This document shows, piece after piece, positions 11,780 through 22,500 of a stretch of DNA of 64,000 nt; the stretch's first letter is position 1; every line of letters begins with the position of its first letter. A program made the translations under genes and the position numbers. The notes below the pieces were generated by a model. It was not told where the DNA came from. It searched no databases and saw only the letters and a list, made by a program, of their open reading frames with translations. Source of the stretch: Amphiscolops sp. MND2022. Taxonomy: Eukaryota. The stretch is from assembly GCA_964187785.1 (NCBI GenBank), contig OZ076409.1, positions 86,244,001-86,308,000 on the forward strand, in the 5' to 3' direction.

Positions 11780-12679
11780 ATGAGCAATCATTTGGAATCC
11801 CTACTCGTTGAAGTTAGGGTTAACTACTTCTTTACTCTGATTTCAATCTTTACTTTGTTTCTTTGGTTGCCACAATATGTTAAAACGTTACCAGGGAAAA
11901 CGCACATTTCCGAGATACTCATCAGCAATAGAGCACGAAGCCCTCACCGCCCAGACTCAGGTATCACCTCACCGAAAAACCAGCAGTTCCTGACGCCCAC
12001 CTCGCCTGGCCAACCGTCAACCTCCCAACCACCTGGCCTTGAGATACTACTTCAAACCAAAATACAACCAATTGCTATACCACGCAAAAAAGCACCCCTG
12101 AACAATTTTCCCAAAGACCCAGCTCTGAAGATGTCAACAACGTCAAACACTCTCATACTCCACGACGACCCCCAAATAACTCTATCACCTCCAATCCTTA
12201 CAAAGGTGTCTACAAGAGGTGGAATGATGCTTATCAAACTGGACCAAATCGCCGTAACACATCTGAGAACAGCCGGGTTGCCACACCCGTTTCACAGAAA
12301 CTATTACCACTGGGATACCACAGGACCCCTTGATTTGCAACCTCTCGAATTACCACCCCTCATTGCAACAGTCAAAATTTATTGGAATGGATGTTCCAAA
12401 CAAAAAACTAATAAATTTGTATCTGTTTTTGTTGAAATCCGAGACCCTGATCGCAAAATTCTCTCCACCCCCTTCATTGTACAGCTATTTTACAAAAACT
12501 CCAAGAACAAAGACGGAGAGTCACTGCACCGAAGCTTCAAATTAACGCCTTCTGGAAATAGCATCGAAGGTGGAATCAAAGACTTCCTGCCCCTCACTAT
12601 TTTCAACGCTACTCTAGCTAAAGATAATATCGTCACTTTCGGCATTCTTATCAAACGACTCTCACCCCCAGCTCCGTAA
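11780..12679 (+). CDS. 299-aa ORF with a C-terminal MATH/TRAF-like domain (true start may be Met at 12131)
   Basis: Uninterrupted ORF; VKIYWNG...FVSVFVEI...FIVQLF...GIKDFLPL...KDNIVTFGILI follows the MATH strand pattern (YPNG, SVFL, GxxxF, DxxxIxxxV); matched by eye only. Confidence 0.6.
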   Translation: MSNHLESLLVEVRVNYFFTLISIFTLFLWLPQYVKTLPGKTHISEILISNRARSPHRPDSGITSPKNQQFLTPTSPGQPSTSQPPGLEILLQTKIQPIAIPRKKAPLNNFPKDPALKMSTTSNTLILHDDPQITLSPPILTKVSTRGGMMLIKLDQIAVTHLRTAGLPHPFHRNYYHWDTTGPLDLQPLELPPLIATVKIYWNGCSKQKTNKFVSVFVEIRDPDRKILSTPFIVQLFYKNSKNKDGESLHRSFKLTPSGNSIEGGIKDFLPLTIFNATLAKDNIVTFGILIKRLSPPAP

Positions 12680-13674
12680 TATACATTTCTACCCTCAATA
12701 GTCTTTGGTACTTTCTCGGACCCTTTATTCGGGGCACCCCTCTGATAGAAAAACTTTAAGCCGACAACCTAGTCCCACCGTTCTTCCTAAAATACTTAGA
12801 CTTAGTTTACTATATAGACATAACAAAGAAATACATTTCTTGTAATACTCTCCATTGCCTAAAAAAAGGCTACAACATTTCATGTAGAAATCCACAGCTT
12901 CTGGCCACACCAACCAGAACTTTGGCTTATCCTCGGTCAACACGATCACAGTTAACACTTTTCCTTCTCAACAAGCTAATCGACCTCCTTGACTCGAGAA
13001 GAAGAAACAAACCCTCTCCCAGTCTGCAATCAATCACCGACAATTACATTCGAACCTTCACATTTCTATTTAGGCACTTTTTATTTAACAGTAGTGAGGT
13101 TACTACTATAAAATTTTAACCTCCGCTTAGTGTTGTGCCAGTTAAGCTGCCGGTTTGATATTACGGCTTGCCTTTTTACGGTCTCTACTAAAAACATTTT
13201 TTTTTCAAAAGGAACACTTACGCGATTGATTGCAAAAAGACTGAAGAATTTCTAAAATGCAATTATTACTCGTTTTATCTTTTGCGCCAAATTAAGCGCC
13301 CGTTGTGATATCACAACGTCCAACGCCAAACCTCGCTAGCGTTGTTAAAAATCTGCGAGTTACTCAATTCCTCTGCTAAGAGATGAGCCAAAATAAACTC
13401 TCCGCGATGAATCAATTGACCCAAAATATTGGGTAGAGGTAGACTTGCCGGATACTTGCTCACGGGGCGCGAACAATGTCCCCAAACACTGATGGAAGCC
13501 TTGCTTGGCTTCAACACTGTCTGAAATCCCACTCTTTTCTTCACAAAAAGATTTAATGATGCGAACGCATCCCTATCTTCTATAAAGCAGTTCCAGTCGC
13601 GGACCCACTTACGTCCTTTCGAAATACGAACGTGCAGAATCCACTGATTGCATCGAGAACCTCTTCCAAGGAAA

Positions 13675-14244
13675 ACATGCAAGAATAAGATTCCTGGTTT
13701 ACACTTATTCCGTCACCCAAAAATTGGGACCGACACGCATTCTTCGGACCAAAAGATATCCACTCAATGATCAGTAGGTCCTCTCCTGGATCACAATATA
13801 CAAGAATGTACACCCCCAAACAACTATCTGACATTTGGTCCAACATCCTCATTAGCGCAGCATCAAGCAACGCCCTTCAGAAGTTTTCCAGCGAACTCAG
13901 CGTACACTCCATCGCTCACATCGAAAAAAAAGAGAAGAAAAAGGAGGATGAAAATGAGCGAGTAGAACTCTAAAAAAAGTCAAACTGCCCATCCGTGCAG
14001 AGCTTTGTTACTCCAATCTAAACAATGTTTCACCTTTTTCAAGTTTACTAATCGCAAGCTATTATTCTACAAGCCAAACCTGGACGACGACAACCCTGAC
14101 CCAATCTTAGAAGACTATCTACAAATTGATGAACAACTACGAATCTACCCAAACAACTTCACGCTCCCTCGCCTCATGCGAGAAAGTTTTAACTCCCCAG
14201 ACAGAACAACTAGGAAACTTCAGAGATTCTTTTCTAAACAATGA
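13675..14244 (+). pseudogene. Possible degraded ORF remnants in the internal region of the non-autonomous element
   Basis: Short consecutive protein-like plus-strand frames (HAFFGPKDIHS...LSDIWSNILISAAS; LLFYKPNLDDD...) broken by stops; no domain recognised. Confidence 0.3.
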
Positions 14245-14395
14245 CTCAATCATAATACAGATAAGATTTAATTACCCTTTTCAACAAATTCCTCTTCCTA
14301 AAACCCCTTCATTTTTGACCCGTTCCCCAAACCCCTTCATTTTTGACCCAATCACTAAATTCCCCAAATTTTTTTCCCTTCCCAGGGGGGTGAGC

Positions 14396-16397
14396 TGTCG
14401 CGTTATGACTAACGCTTAATCAAAAATTTGAAAGCGACTGCAACAATAAAGCGCTTAACAAACACCCGTTTTAATAAAAAGCTCAACAATCATCCCGGGG
14501 CATCTCTTCCGTTCCTATGCAAAATGCACCTGCATAAATACAAAGCATAATAAACATCTTTGTGCTACAGTGCTGTTTATGATTGAAAAACACCTGAATT
14601 AATAAAATACTCAACAATTGTCCCCTGGCTTCAGTGCAGTTTGTATTCAAAAAACACCTGCAAAAACAAAGCAGGAAATTTAGGCAGGAAATTTAGCTAA
14701 CCTGGAGAGAGGGGGGGATGAAGAATAATAATTGATGAAGGCGGCGAGCGTATAATAAATCTGTCGCCAAAAGAAAAGAATAATAAGGAGTACTGAAACC
14801 GTGGGATTGAACAAATGAAAAATTCTACTATTGACCGCGGAGATTCAAAATCTAAAGCTAAGCTCTGATTGGCTGAATGCAAAACTGGCCACCCAGGCAC
14901 TTCGGCAGAAGTACTGAACTGTTTTTATACGGCGTGCACAGGCTGGAGCTTCATTCTCCCCGCCAACCGGCAAAGCTTCAACTTAAAGAAGCTCTCTCCT
15001 TTCCTCGCTTCTCCTCTTCCCTTCAACTTGCTCCAACTCTACTTATCTTCTCTTCGCTAAATTCTTGAATTATCTTCCCCTTGGACTAAAAAATTCTATC
15101 TTCCTTTCTTCCCCTTGGACTAAAATATTCTATCTTCCTTTCTTCCCCTCTTCTGCTTTGGCTCTCAAATTTGCTAAGTCACATCCCTCTTGGTTGAATT
15201 TTCTATCTTAGAAAATTCACCTCAATCCGACAACAGCCCCCCCGTCTGGTGAGTGAAAAAATAACTTAGTTTCTTTTTGTGGAGATTTCTGATTATCCCT
15301 TTTCTAACTCAATTCTACCTTAGTAAAATTCCCCTGATTTTACTCAGTGGTTGTTTAATTTCTATCTTAGAAAAATTTCACTGATTCTACTCAGTGGTTG
15401 TTTAATTTCTATCTTAGAAAAGGTTCACTGATTTTACTCAGTGGTTGTTTAATTTCTATCTTAGAAAAATTCCACTGATTCTACTCAGTGGTTGTTTAAT
15501 TCTACCTTAGAAAAATTCCACTGATTTTACTCAGCGGTTGTTTAAAATCTATCTTAGAAAAGTTCCACTGATTTTACTCAGTGGTTGTTTAAATTCTATC
15601 TTAGTCTAATTCCGCTGATTTCATTCAGTGGTTGTTTAAATTCTATCTTAGAAAAATTCCACAGATTTTACTCAGTGGTCGTTTAAATTCTATCTTAAAA
15701 TAATTCCGCTGATTTCACTCAGCGGTTGTTTAAATTCTATCTTGGAAAAATTCCACTGATTTTACTCAGTGGTTGTTAAAACTCTATCTTAGAATAATTC
15801 CACTGATTTTACTCAGTGGTTGTTTAAATTCTATCTTAGTGTAATTCCGCTGATTTCATTCAGCGGTTGTTAAAATTCTATCTTAGTATAATTCCGCTGA
15901 TTTCACTCAGCGGGTGTTTAAACTTCTATCTTAGAATAATTCCGCTGATTTCACTCAGCGGTTGGTTAAATTTTAACTTAGAATAATTCCATTGATTTCA
16001 GTCCGCGGTTATCCCAAAGTTTAACTTAGAGTATTTTCCGCAGAACAATTCCACTTCTGTATTTATGTCGGTTTGCTTGATGTAATTCAAAATATTTATT
16101 TCCCATACTTTTCCCCTTTCCAGATAGCTCATTTACATACACTGCCTTGCACTTACTCACGCAACTTCCTTTGTTCGCACGTACACGCAAGGCACTTCCT
16201 TTCAAGTATTGCACGGAGTAAGCTTTGAGACTTTCTTACTCATTTACGATCAATATTAGAATAGCCACCTGAAAATACTTTGCATAATGCTACGTAAGCT
16301 GAACTGACTAATACTGATAACAATCGAACAGTCCCTTGAAAAGAAAAGGGAGCAAACAGGAAATAGTAAATAGTAAAATCTATCCATGCGTGCGACA
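14396..16397 (+). repeat. 3' LTR of the non-autonomous element, with a second 47-bp hairpin array (~15314-16010)
   Basis: TGTCGC...GCGACA, preceded by PPT and followed by CTCG. Confidence 0.9.
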
Positions 16398-16693
16398 CTC
16401 GGGTGATAAAAACATAGGCAGTAATTGTCATACAGTTCATCCGATCAAAATGACCTTTATCGAAATTCGGTCGCAGACTACCTGCTTGTGCTTGTCAACA
16501 AAAACTATGGATATAAAAAATTGTTATATAATTTTGAGTTCTACTACATTTAGATTTCAGATACCAAGCTTAATTGAAAGTTCTAGAGCCTATCTTATCG
16601 TGAGAATACAACAGTAACAACATAAACAACTTAGATGAATCCCAAACCTTGGCGAATTCGTGAGTTGGACGCGAGCAAACTTGGGAAACTATT

Positions 16694-18398
16694 TGTCGCA
16701 AGCTGCGGCCTGTGATGGAATATTCTATCAGATACCAGGAAATGGCGCTCTTAACCCTCCACTAGGGGTATTACCAATCTAATCAACAATGGACCATGAG
16801 TACGAACGCCTACAAACAACATATGTTACTGTTGCATTGTAATTAACTTCACACATATTCGACCTTAAGTCGATTTGGCTACAACAAACTTTTGTATTAA
16901 TTAAACGGATTACTAGTCACTTTTAATGTTTTATTATTAGTTTTACCTGTGTTTGAAATACTTGTCGCGGATTGGCAAATTGTTGTAATGTTAGAATATA
17001 AAAGGTGCTGTAATTTAATACTTGAATTGAAACGCACAAGTAAGCAGGTTACAGGAAACGAGTTCAAATGAGCGTTTCCTGTAGCTTGCTGTACGCGGCG
17101 TCGTCCAATACATTGACCAATCACAGCGCTGTATTTATGTACATTTAGTGTAGACGCACGGACCGGTGGTCCGCCTTATTATTGTTTGCTGTTGCCATTA
17201 AACTGCTGTGCTTAGTGCTGTAGATGCATGGACCGGTGGTCCGCTATAGTGCTTTTGATTTAAATTGGTACTTACAAATAGAATAAAGTGTTTAGACGTG
17301 ATTTAGATCCAATTTAGTGTTGTTTGTCAATACATTACCAGTCTACTTGACTGGATGTCATGTGATATTTAAACGATCTTGTATTTTACATAGCATTCAA
17401 AGATGCACTTTTATACTTGTAATATCTTCATAAATAGACCCTGAGGCGAGGCCGCCTCACCTATTAACCTGGCTTTGATGCTATTTTTAACCATAAATGA
17501 TGCAATATTGATGTCATCCCGTGGGTCTATTTCGGGAATGAATCATCTATTAATAGTAACATTACAGCATAAATTACTGGTGTCATGCAGTGCAAAGTAT
17601 ATATATACCCGGGACCTTCAGTCCGAAGGACCACAATAATTGATTTCGATACAACCTGCAATACACTCACTCCACTGATTTGTTACAATATTTTGCTTGC
17701 GTTCTGTTGTTTGAAATAGTTTTCAAATGACTATTTGAAAATATCATATTTCTCCATGCCTTCAACCAGAAAGCAGAAAGCCAAAGAAAGGCGTTCTAGG
17801 CAATTGGACATCATGTCTGATGTAAAAAATGTTGACATAGTGCTTGGAAGTTATGATAGGGATGATGAAAGAGCAGAGCAAAGCGAAAGTGAACTTAATT
17901 TGGACTCAGGGTCCAATAGACTGCACCAAAACTCAAACATGGTGGGAGAAGACTTTAGGTCTTTGCTCAATACTAATAGTAGAGAGAATAGCGAAGTTAC
18001 CATAGAAACCACTAGATTGATCAATGAAGAAATTTCCAATCAAATGTCAAGGAGACTGAATGAAATTAAGTCTAGTTTAAATTCCCAAATTCAAAACGCA
18101 ATATCAGTTGCAATAGCTGATACTGTGCTCCTTTCCATTCAGAATACGCTGGAAATGCAGGGGAGAACGAATTTTGCTATGGTGGACCGAGAGTCCAACG
18201 GACTACACCCTAACCCGAAAGCAGGTAATTTCACCAAAGAGGACCAAAGGTCCAATGGGCTACAATGGAACTCAGGAGCAGAAAATCCGCTGAAAACATG
18301 GGGAAATCGCCCCAAAATGGGTTTTACACACAAAAGCAATAGACTAGGGTCTAGAGAAAGTTCGGTAGAATCTTGTGCGAATGAACAAAATCGCGACA
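16694..18398 (+). repeat. 5' LTR of the large element
   Basis: TGTCGCAAG...TCGCGACA; matches 38969-40673; CCAAT at ~17117 and TATA-like run at ~17598. Confidence 0.95.
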
Positions 18399-18412
18399 TG
18401 GTGACAGGAGCC
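18399..18412 (+). promoter_or_regulatory. Primer binding site TGGTGACAGGAGCC, lying inside the gag reading frame
   Basis: TGG immediately after the LTR terminal CA; absent after the 3' LTR. Confidence 0.75.
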
Positions 18413-19512
18413 AACTCTAACCCCCGTATGGTTCCTGAGTTCTTCACTGGACGGCCCATGCAACCCCGTGAACCCCTGCAACATCAAAATTCCGCTAATG
18501 AAGAGTCACAGGACCCGGAACCATCGGTCCACGAGACTATAAACACAACTACTCCCACTGACCCCATCAACCGTCTAGCAGAAGTATTGGTCGTCATGAA
18601 TAACCGTCCATCAGCATAAACACTGATGGTACGTCCAGTCAGCACGACTACACTGACGTTTGACGGCAAATCAGAGAAATTTGAACATCTCCAAGATCTC
18701 TTTCACACGATGATAAAAATGCAGCCTGACATGACTGACACAATGAAAATGAACCATTTTCATTCCTTGTTACGCAAGAATGCGTTACAAACCTTCCGTA
18801 ACATTAATACGGAAAACAGGCAGACCTTGGAAGACATTTTGGCAGTATTTCGCCGGAAATACGTCAAACCTGAGTCCCAGGAGACCGCCAAACACAAATG
18901 GCACAGATTGGTGTTCGACCCAAACACCATGAAACTGCCAGACTTCCTTGAGGAATTAAATCAAGGAGCTGAAAAAGCGTTTGGCGAGAACGCCCAGGCC
19001 ATGATTGACAGTCTCCTTTTTGCCAAATTGCCACCAAAATTGAAACGCTCAGTCAATATGGCTAGACTTGAAAACGCTACCTACGAGGAGATAGTCACCC
19101 ATTTAGAACGTGAGCTTGAACTCAATGGACTTGAGGAGGGGGATGACATTCCAGTACCAACAATGTCCACTGCCCCTACAGCAACACGACGGGGAACTGG
19201 CCTTCTTTCCTCTGGCATCGATCCAAACATTACTTGCAACTATTGCAAAAAACCCGGACATGTCAAGGATGAATGCCGAAAACTTAAACGAAAGGAGGAA
19301 CAACGCCGCAATGACGGACAGGATACCAAGAAAGAGTATCCAAAATGTCCAACTTGCGACAAAACGAACCACCCGGCGGAACGATGTTGGAAAGGCGCCG
19401 GAGCCCACCTCAAGCCCAAAAACCTTAAACTGGAGGACACTACCGCCGCTCATACGTCCACCAGCAAAGACGACGCAAAAAATACACAATCGACCTCCAT
19501 TTTGAAAAACCC

Positions 19513-19519
19513 AAAAAAC
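19513..19519 (+). promoter_or_regulatory. Putative -1 ribosomal frameshift heptamer A AAA AAC at the gag/pol junction
   Basis: In gag phase just before the gag TAG; the -1 frame is open from here into the pol ORF at 19654. Confidence 0.7.
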
Positions 19520-22500
19520 TAGATTCGCCACGACTCCAATTTAATGAAAAACTCCGTGTTCGACAATACATAATATCAGACCCCTCAAACGTCTATTATA
19601 CTGAAAATTATACCTCACATAAAGACGCACCATCAGCTGACTGGCAGCAGCAGATGAAGACTCCACCTACCTCCCACACCACTTTGGACCCTATGTCCAA
19701 CAGACTACAGCACGATACTACTACTATACGGCTTTTACCTCTCATTGATGACTATAGCCCATACTACTCTGATCCTGATTATGGTTTTGACCCCTATTGG
19801 GACGCTAATTGCTACAATCAACATCATCTATACTTCTACCGTAATTTTAACAAACCGAGTCACATCATAGAACCAGATTCCTATGACATTGACAAAGCCT
19901 TGAATGTGGTCCTTGCGCAAGCACGAGTTGACCCATGGCAAAATGACACACCGCTAAAATGTCAAATGACCCACAATGGGCCTGACAACGAATTTCACCG
20001 TGTGGGACCACAAGTCTCTCTGGCTACAGCAGTTGCCGCGCGCTTCGTGAACACTCTAATCACGAGGACTTGCGAACCAGACTGTGTACCGCTGACAACC
20101 AATCTTGGCCTTAAATACAAACGACGAATGCTCTATTTTCCGATGGAATTTGGCGAACTAACATTAGATGGCCTTGTAGACACGGGAGCTCTATCTAGCG
20201 CAATCCCAGAAGCTGACCTACGTAAAATCCGATTACTAGCCCCTCAGTCTATTGTCAAAGAGGGCCCGGCTCCCAACTTCCAAATTATGGTTGCTAATGG
20301 GCAGCCGGAGACTCCGAAGAGCACAGTCGAGATGAAGTTTAAAGTTGGCGACATAGAATTCCACGAGATATTCATAGTCATGGAAAAACTCACTAGCCCA
20401 TTGATTGGTCTTTCCTTTCTTCAAAGGAATAACACCATTCTGGACATGCGACAAGGCGTCCTAAATTTTTCTTTCTTCTCAATGCAGCTCAAAACTGCCG
20501 ACCACAAGTACACTAACGTCATGGAACCCATTTGCATTAGAGAGGATGTAACCATCCCACCTAATGACCGACACTCGGTCCAGCTGGCCTCACAACTGTA
20601 CGAAGACACTACAGTTACCGGGATCCTTCAACCGAGCAACACGCTTACAGATGATGGTGACATCGCTTTCTGTGCTGCTCTAGTCACATTGACCAATAGT
20701 CAAGTTTCGGTTCATCTGAACAACTTTACCGACAGTCCGTATACCCTCAAAAGAGGCACACAGGTTGCTAATTTCACTATCCTTACACCATAACAGATGA
20801 AATATGTCAAACCCATTGACCCAGTGACCACATGGCACCTCTTGCAGAACAATCCTGAAAATGCTGCTTACTATGCAAGTAGCTTGATCAAGTCTAATAG
20901 ACCTGAGGACTTCAAGGAAAATTACTGGTTTCCAACACCAGAGGACCCTGGGGACCCTCGGCATCATACGCCGATCCAGAAACGGATTTTATCAGAACTC
21001 ATCAACCTTCAGGAATTAGAGCAACTTAATCCTCAGGATGACCCTGACTCCAGACAACAATTTTTGTCCAATTTTGATTGGACAGATTCTATGCTACAAC
21101 CAGCTGAAATAGCTCGCATAGAAGATTTACTTGTCGAATTTCACGACATATTCGCAAGACACCGATTCGACATAGGCATGAACGAGGACTTCAAGGTCAA
21201 ACTGACGCCGAAAGACGATTCCCCAGCCTATAGTCAGAGTTTGCCAACGCCAATCAATCTCAAAGAGGACATCCTTGTAGAATTGGCACTACTACATCGT
21301 TATGGGATCATTACAACACTCCCTTTTTCCAAATACGCAAGCCCAATGTTTGCCCAGAAAAAAACCCAATGGTAAATTGCAACTTCTAGTCGATTTGCGC
21401 AAGATTAACAATCTCATCTCGGATGATTATATCAACAACAACCATCCAGTGAGCACACTTACCGATGCAGCCCAACATATGGCCGGGAAGAAGCTATTTT
21501 GTAAGCTAGACTGCTCCCAAGCATACCATTGCCTACAAATGGCGGACCAACGGTCCATTGAAATGCTTGCTTTCAATTTCGCCAGCAGAACTTTTGCGTA
21601 CAGAAGATTGGCACAGGGACTCAGCAGAGCCCTATCGGCCTTCTCTAGCTTTATGCGCGAATACTTAGACAAAGTCATCAAAGCAGACCAATGCGCCCAA
21701 TACGTCGATGATATTGGCATCGCTGCCAACGATGCTGAACAACTCATCAACAACCTGAGGGCCACATTCCAATGCATACAAAAAGCTGGTCTCAAGCTTA
21801 CAATGCATAAATGCCATTTTGGCGCAACGGAAATCGACTTTCTGGGACGTACCATCACTCCTGCAGGAGTGAAGCCGCAGAGACCACGGGTCCCAAATTT
21901 CCTGGAAAATACCAAATTTCCAAAATCCAAGAAAGCACTTCAACGCTACTTGGGATTCTTAAACTATTACAGGAACTACATCCCAAGGCTGTCAGAAAAA
22001 CTAACACCGTTTTTCAAATTGCTTACAAAAGATGAAAAAGTCCTGGTTACTCCGGACCTCCTGGAGAAATTCACCGAGATAAATAAGGCTCTTGACTGAT
22101 GTCGTCAACTGGCACTCAAACAACCTCTACCGAACAAGCAAGTAGCCCTTATGACCGACGCTAGCTTTTCGGCTACAGGGTACGCAGTTCTCATCGAAGA
22201 TGATCCCCTCGAGAAATATACCTCTACGAGGAAAGCTTTCGCACCAGTAGCTTACGGATCCAAGACCTTTAGTCCTACCCAATTGAAAATGCCCATCTAC
22301 GCAAAGGACTTCCTGGCAATTTTCTTTGCCTTCAAGGAATTCGGACACATATTTTTGGGGAACCCCGAAACCGGTGATTATACTTACAGACAACAAATCA
22401 GTCACAAGATTTTTTCAAACAAAAATCATCCCTCCAACTCTATGGAACGCATGTGATTACGTCATTCAGTTCAACTTCACCATTGCTCACATACCTGGCA

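Larger units (their letters stand above)
11508..16397 (+). mobile_element. Non-autonomous LTR retroelement (LARD-like): 3' fragment of 5' LTR (11508-11744), PBS, 2.65-kb internal region without recognisable gag/pol, PPT, 3' LTR
   Basis: LTR end GCGACA at 11744; PBS at 11748; purine tract AGGGGGGTGAGC at 14384-14395; LTR 14396-16397 followed by CTCG. Confidence 0.85.
17756..19522 (+). pseudogene. gag: gag, initiating within the 5' LTR; one premature TAA at 18617-18619; two CCHC knuckles
   Basis: ORFs 17735-18619 and 18626-19522 are in one frame; TFDGKSEKFE capsid-like motif; CNYCKKPGHVKDEC and CPTCDKTNHPAERC. Confidence 0.85.

Noticed and set aside
21427..21930. Opposite-strand ORFs over pol, gag and the hAT-like gene (also 26103-26606, 32097-32624, 35513-36040, 50288-50875)
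   Set aside because: Shadow frames of real coding sequence with no motifs; repeated only because of the duplications
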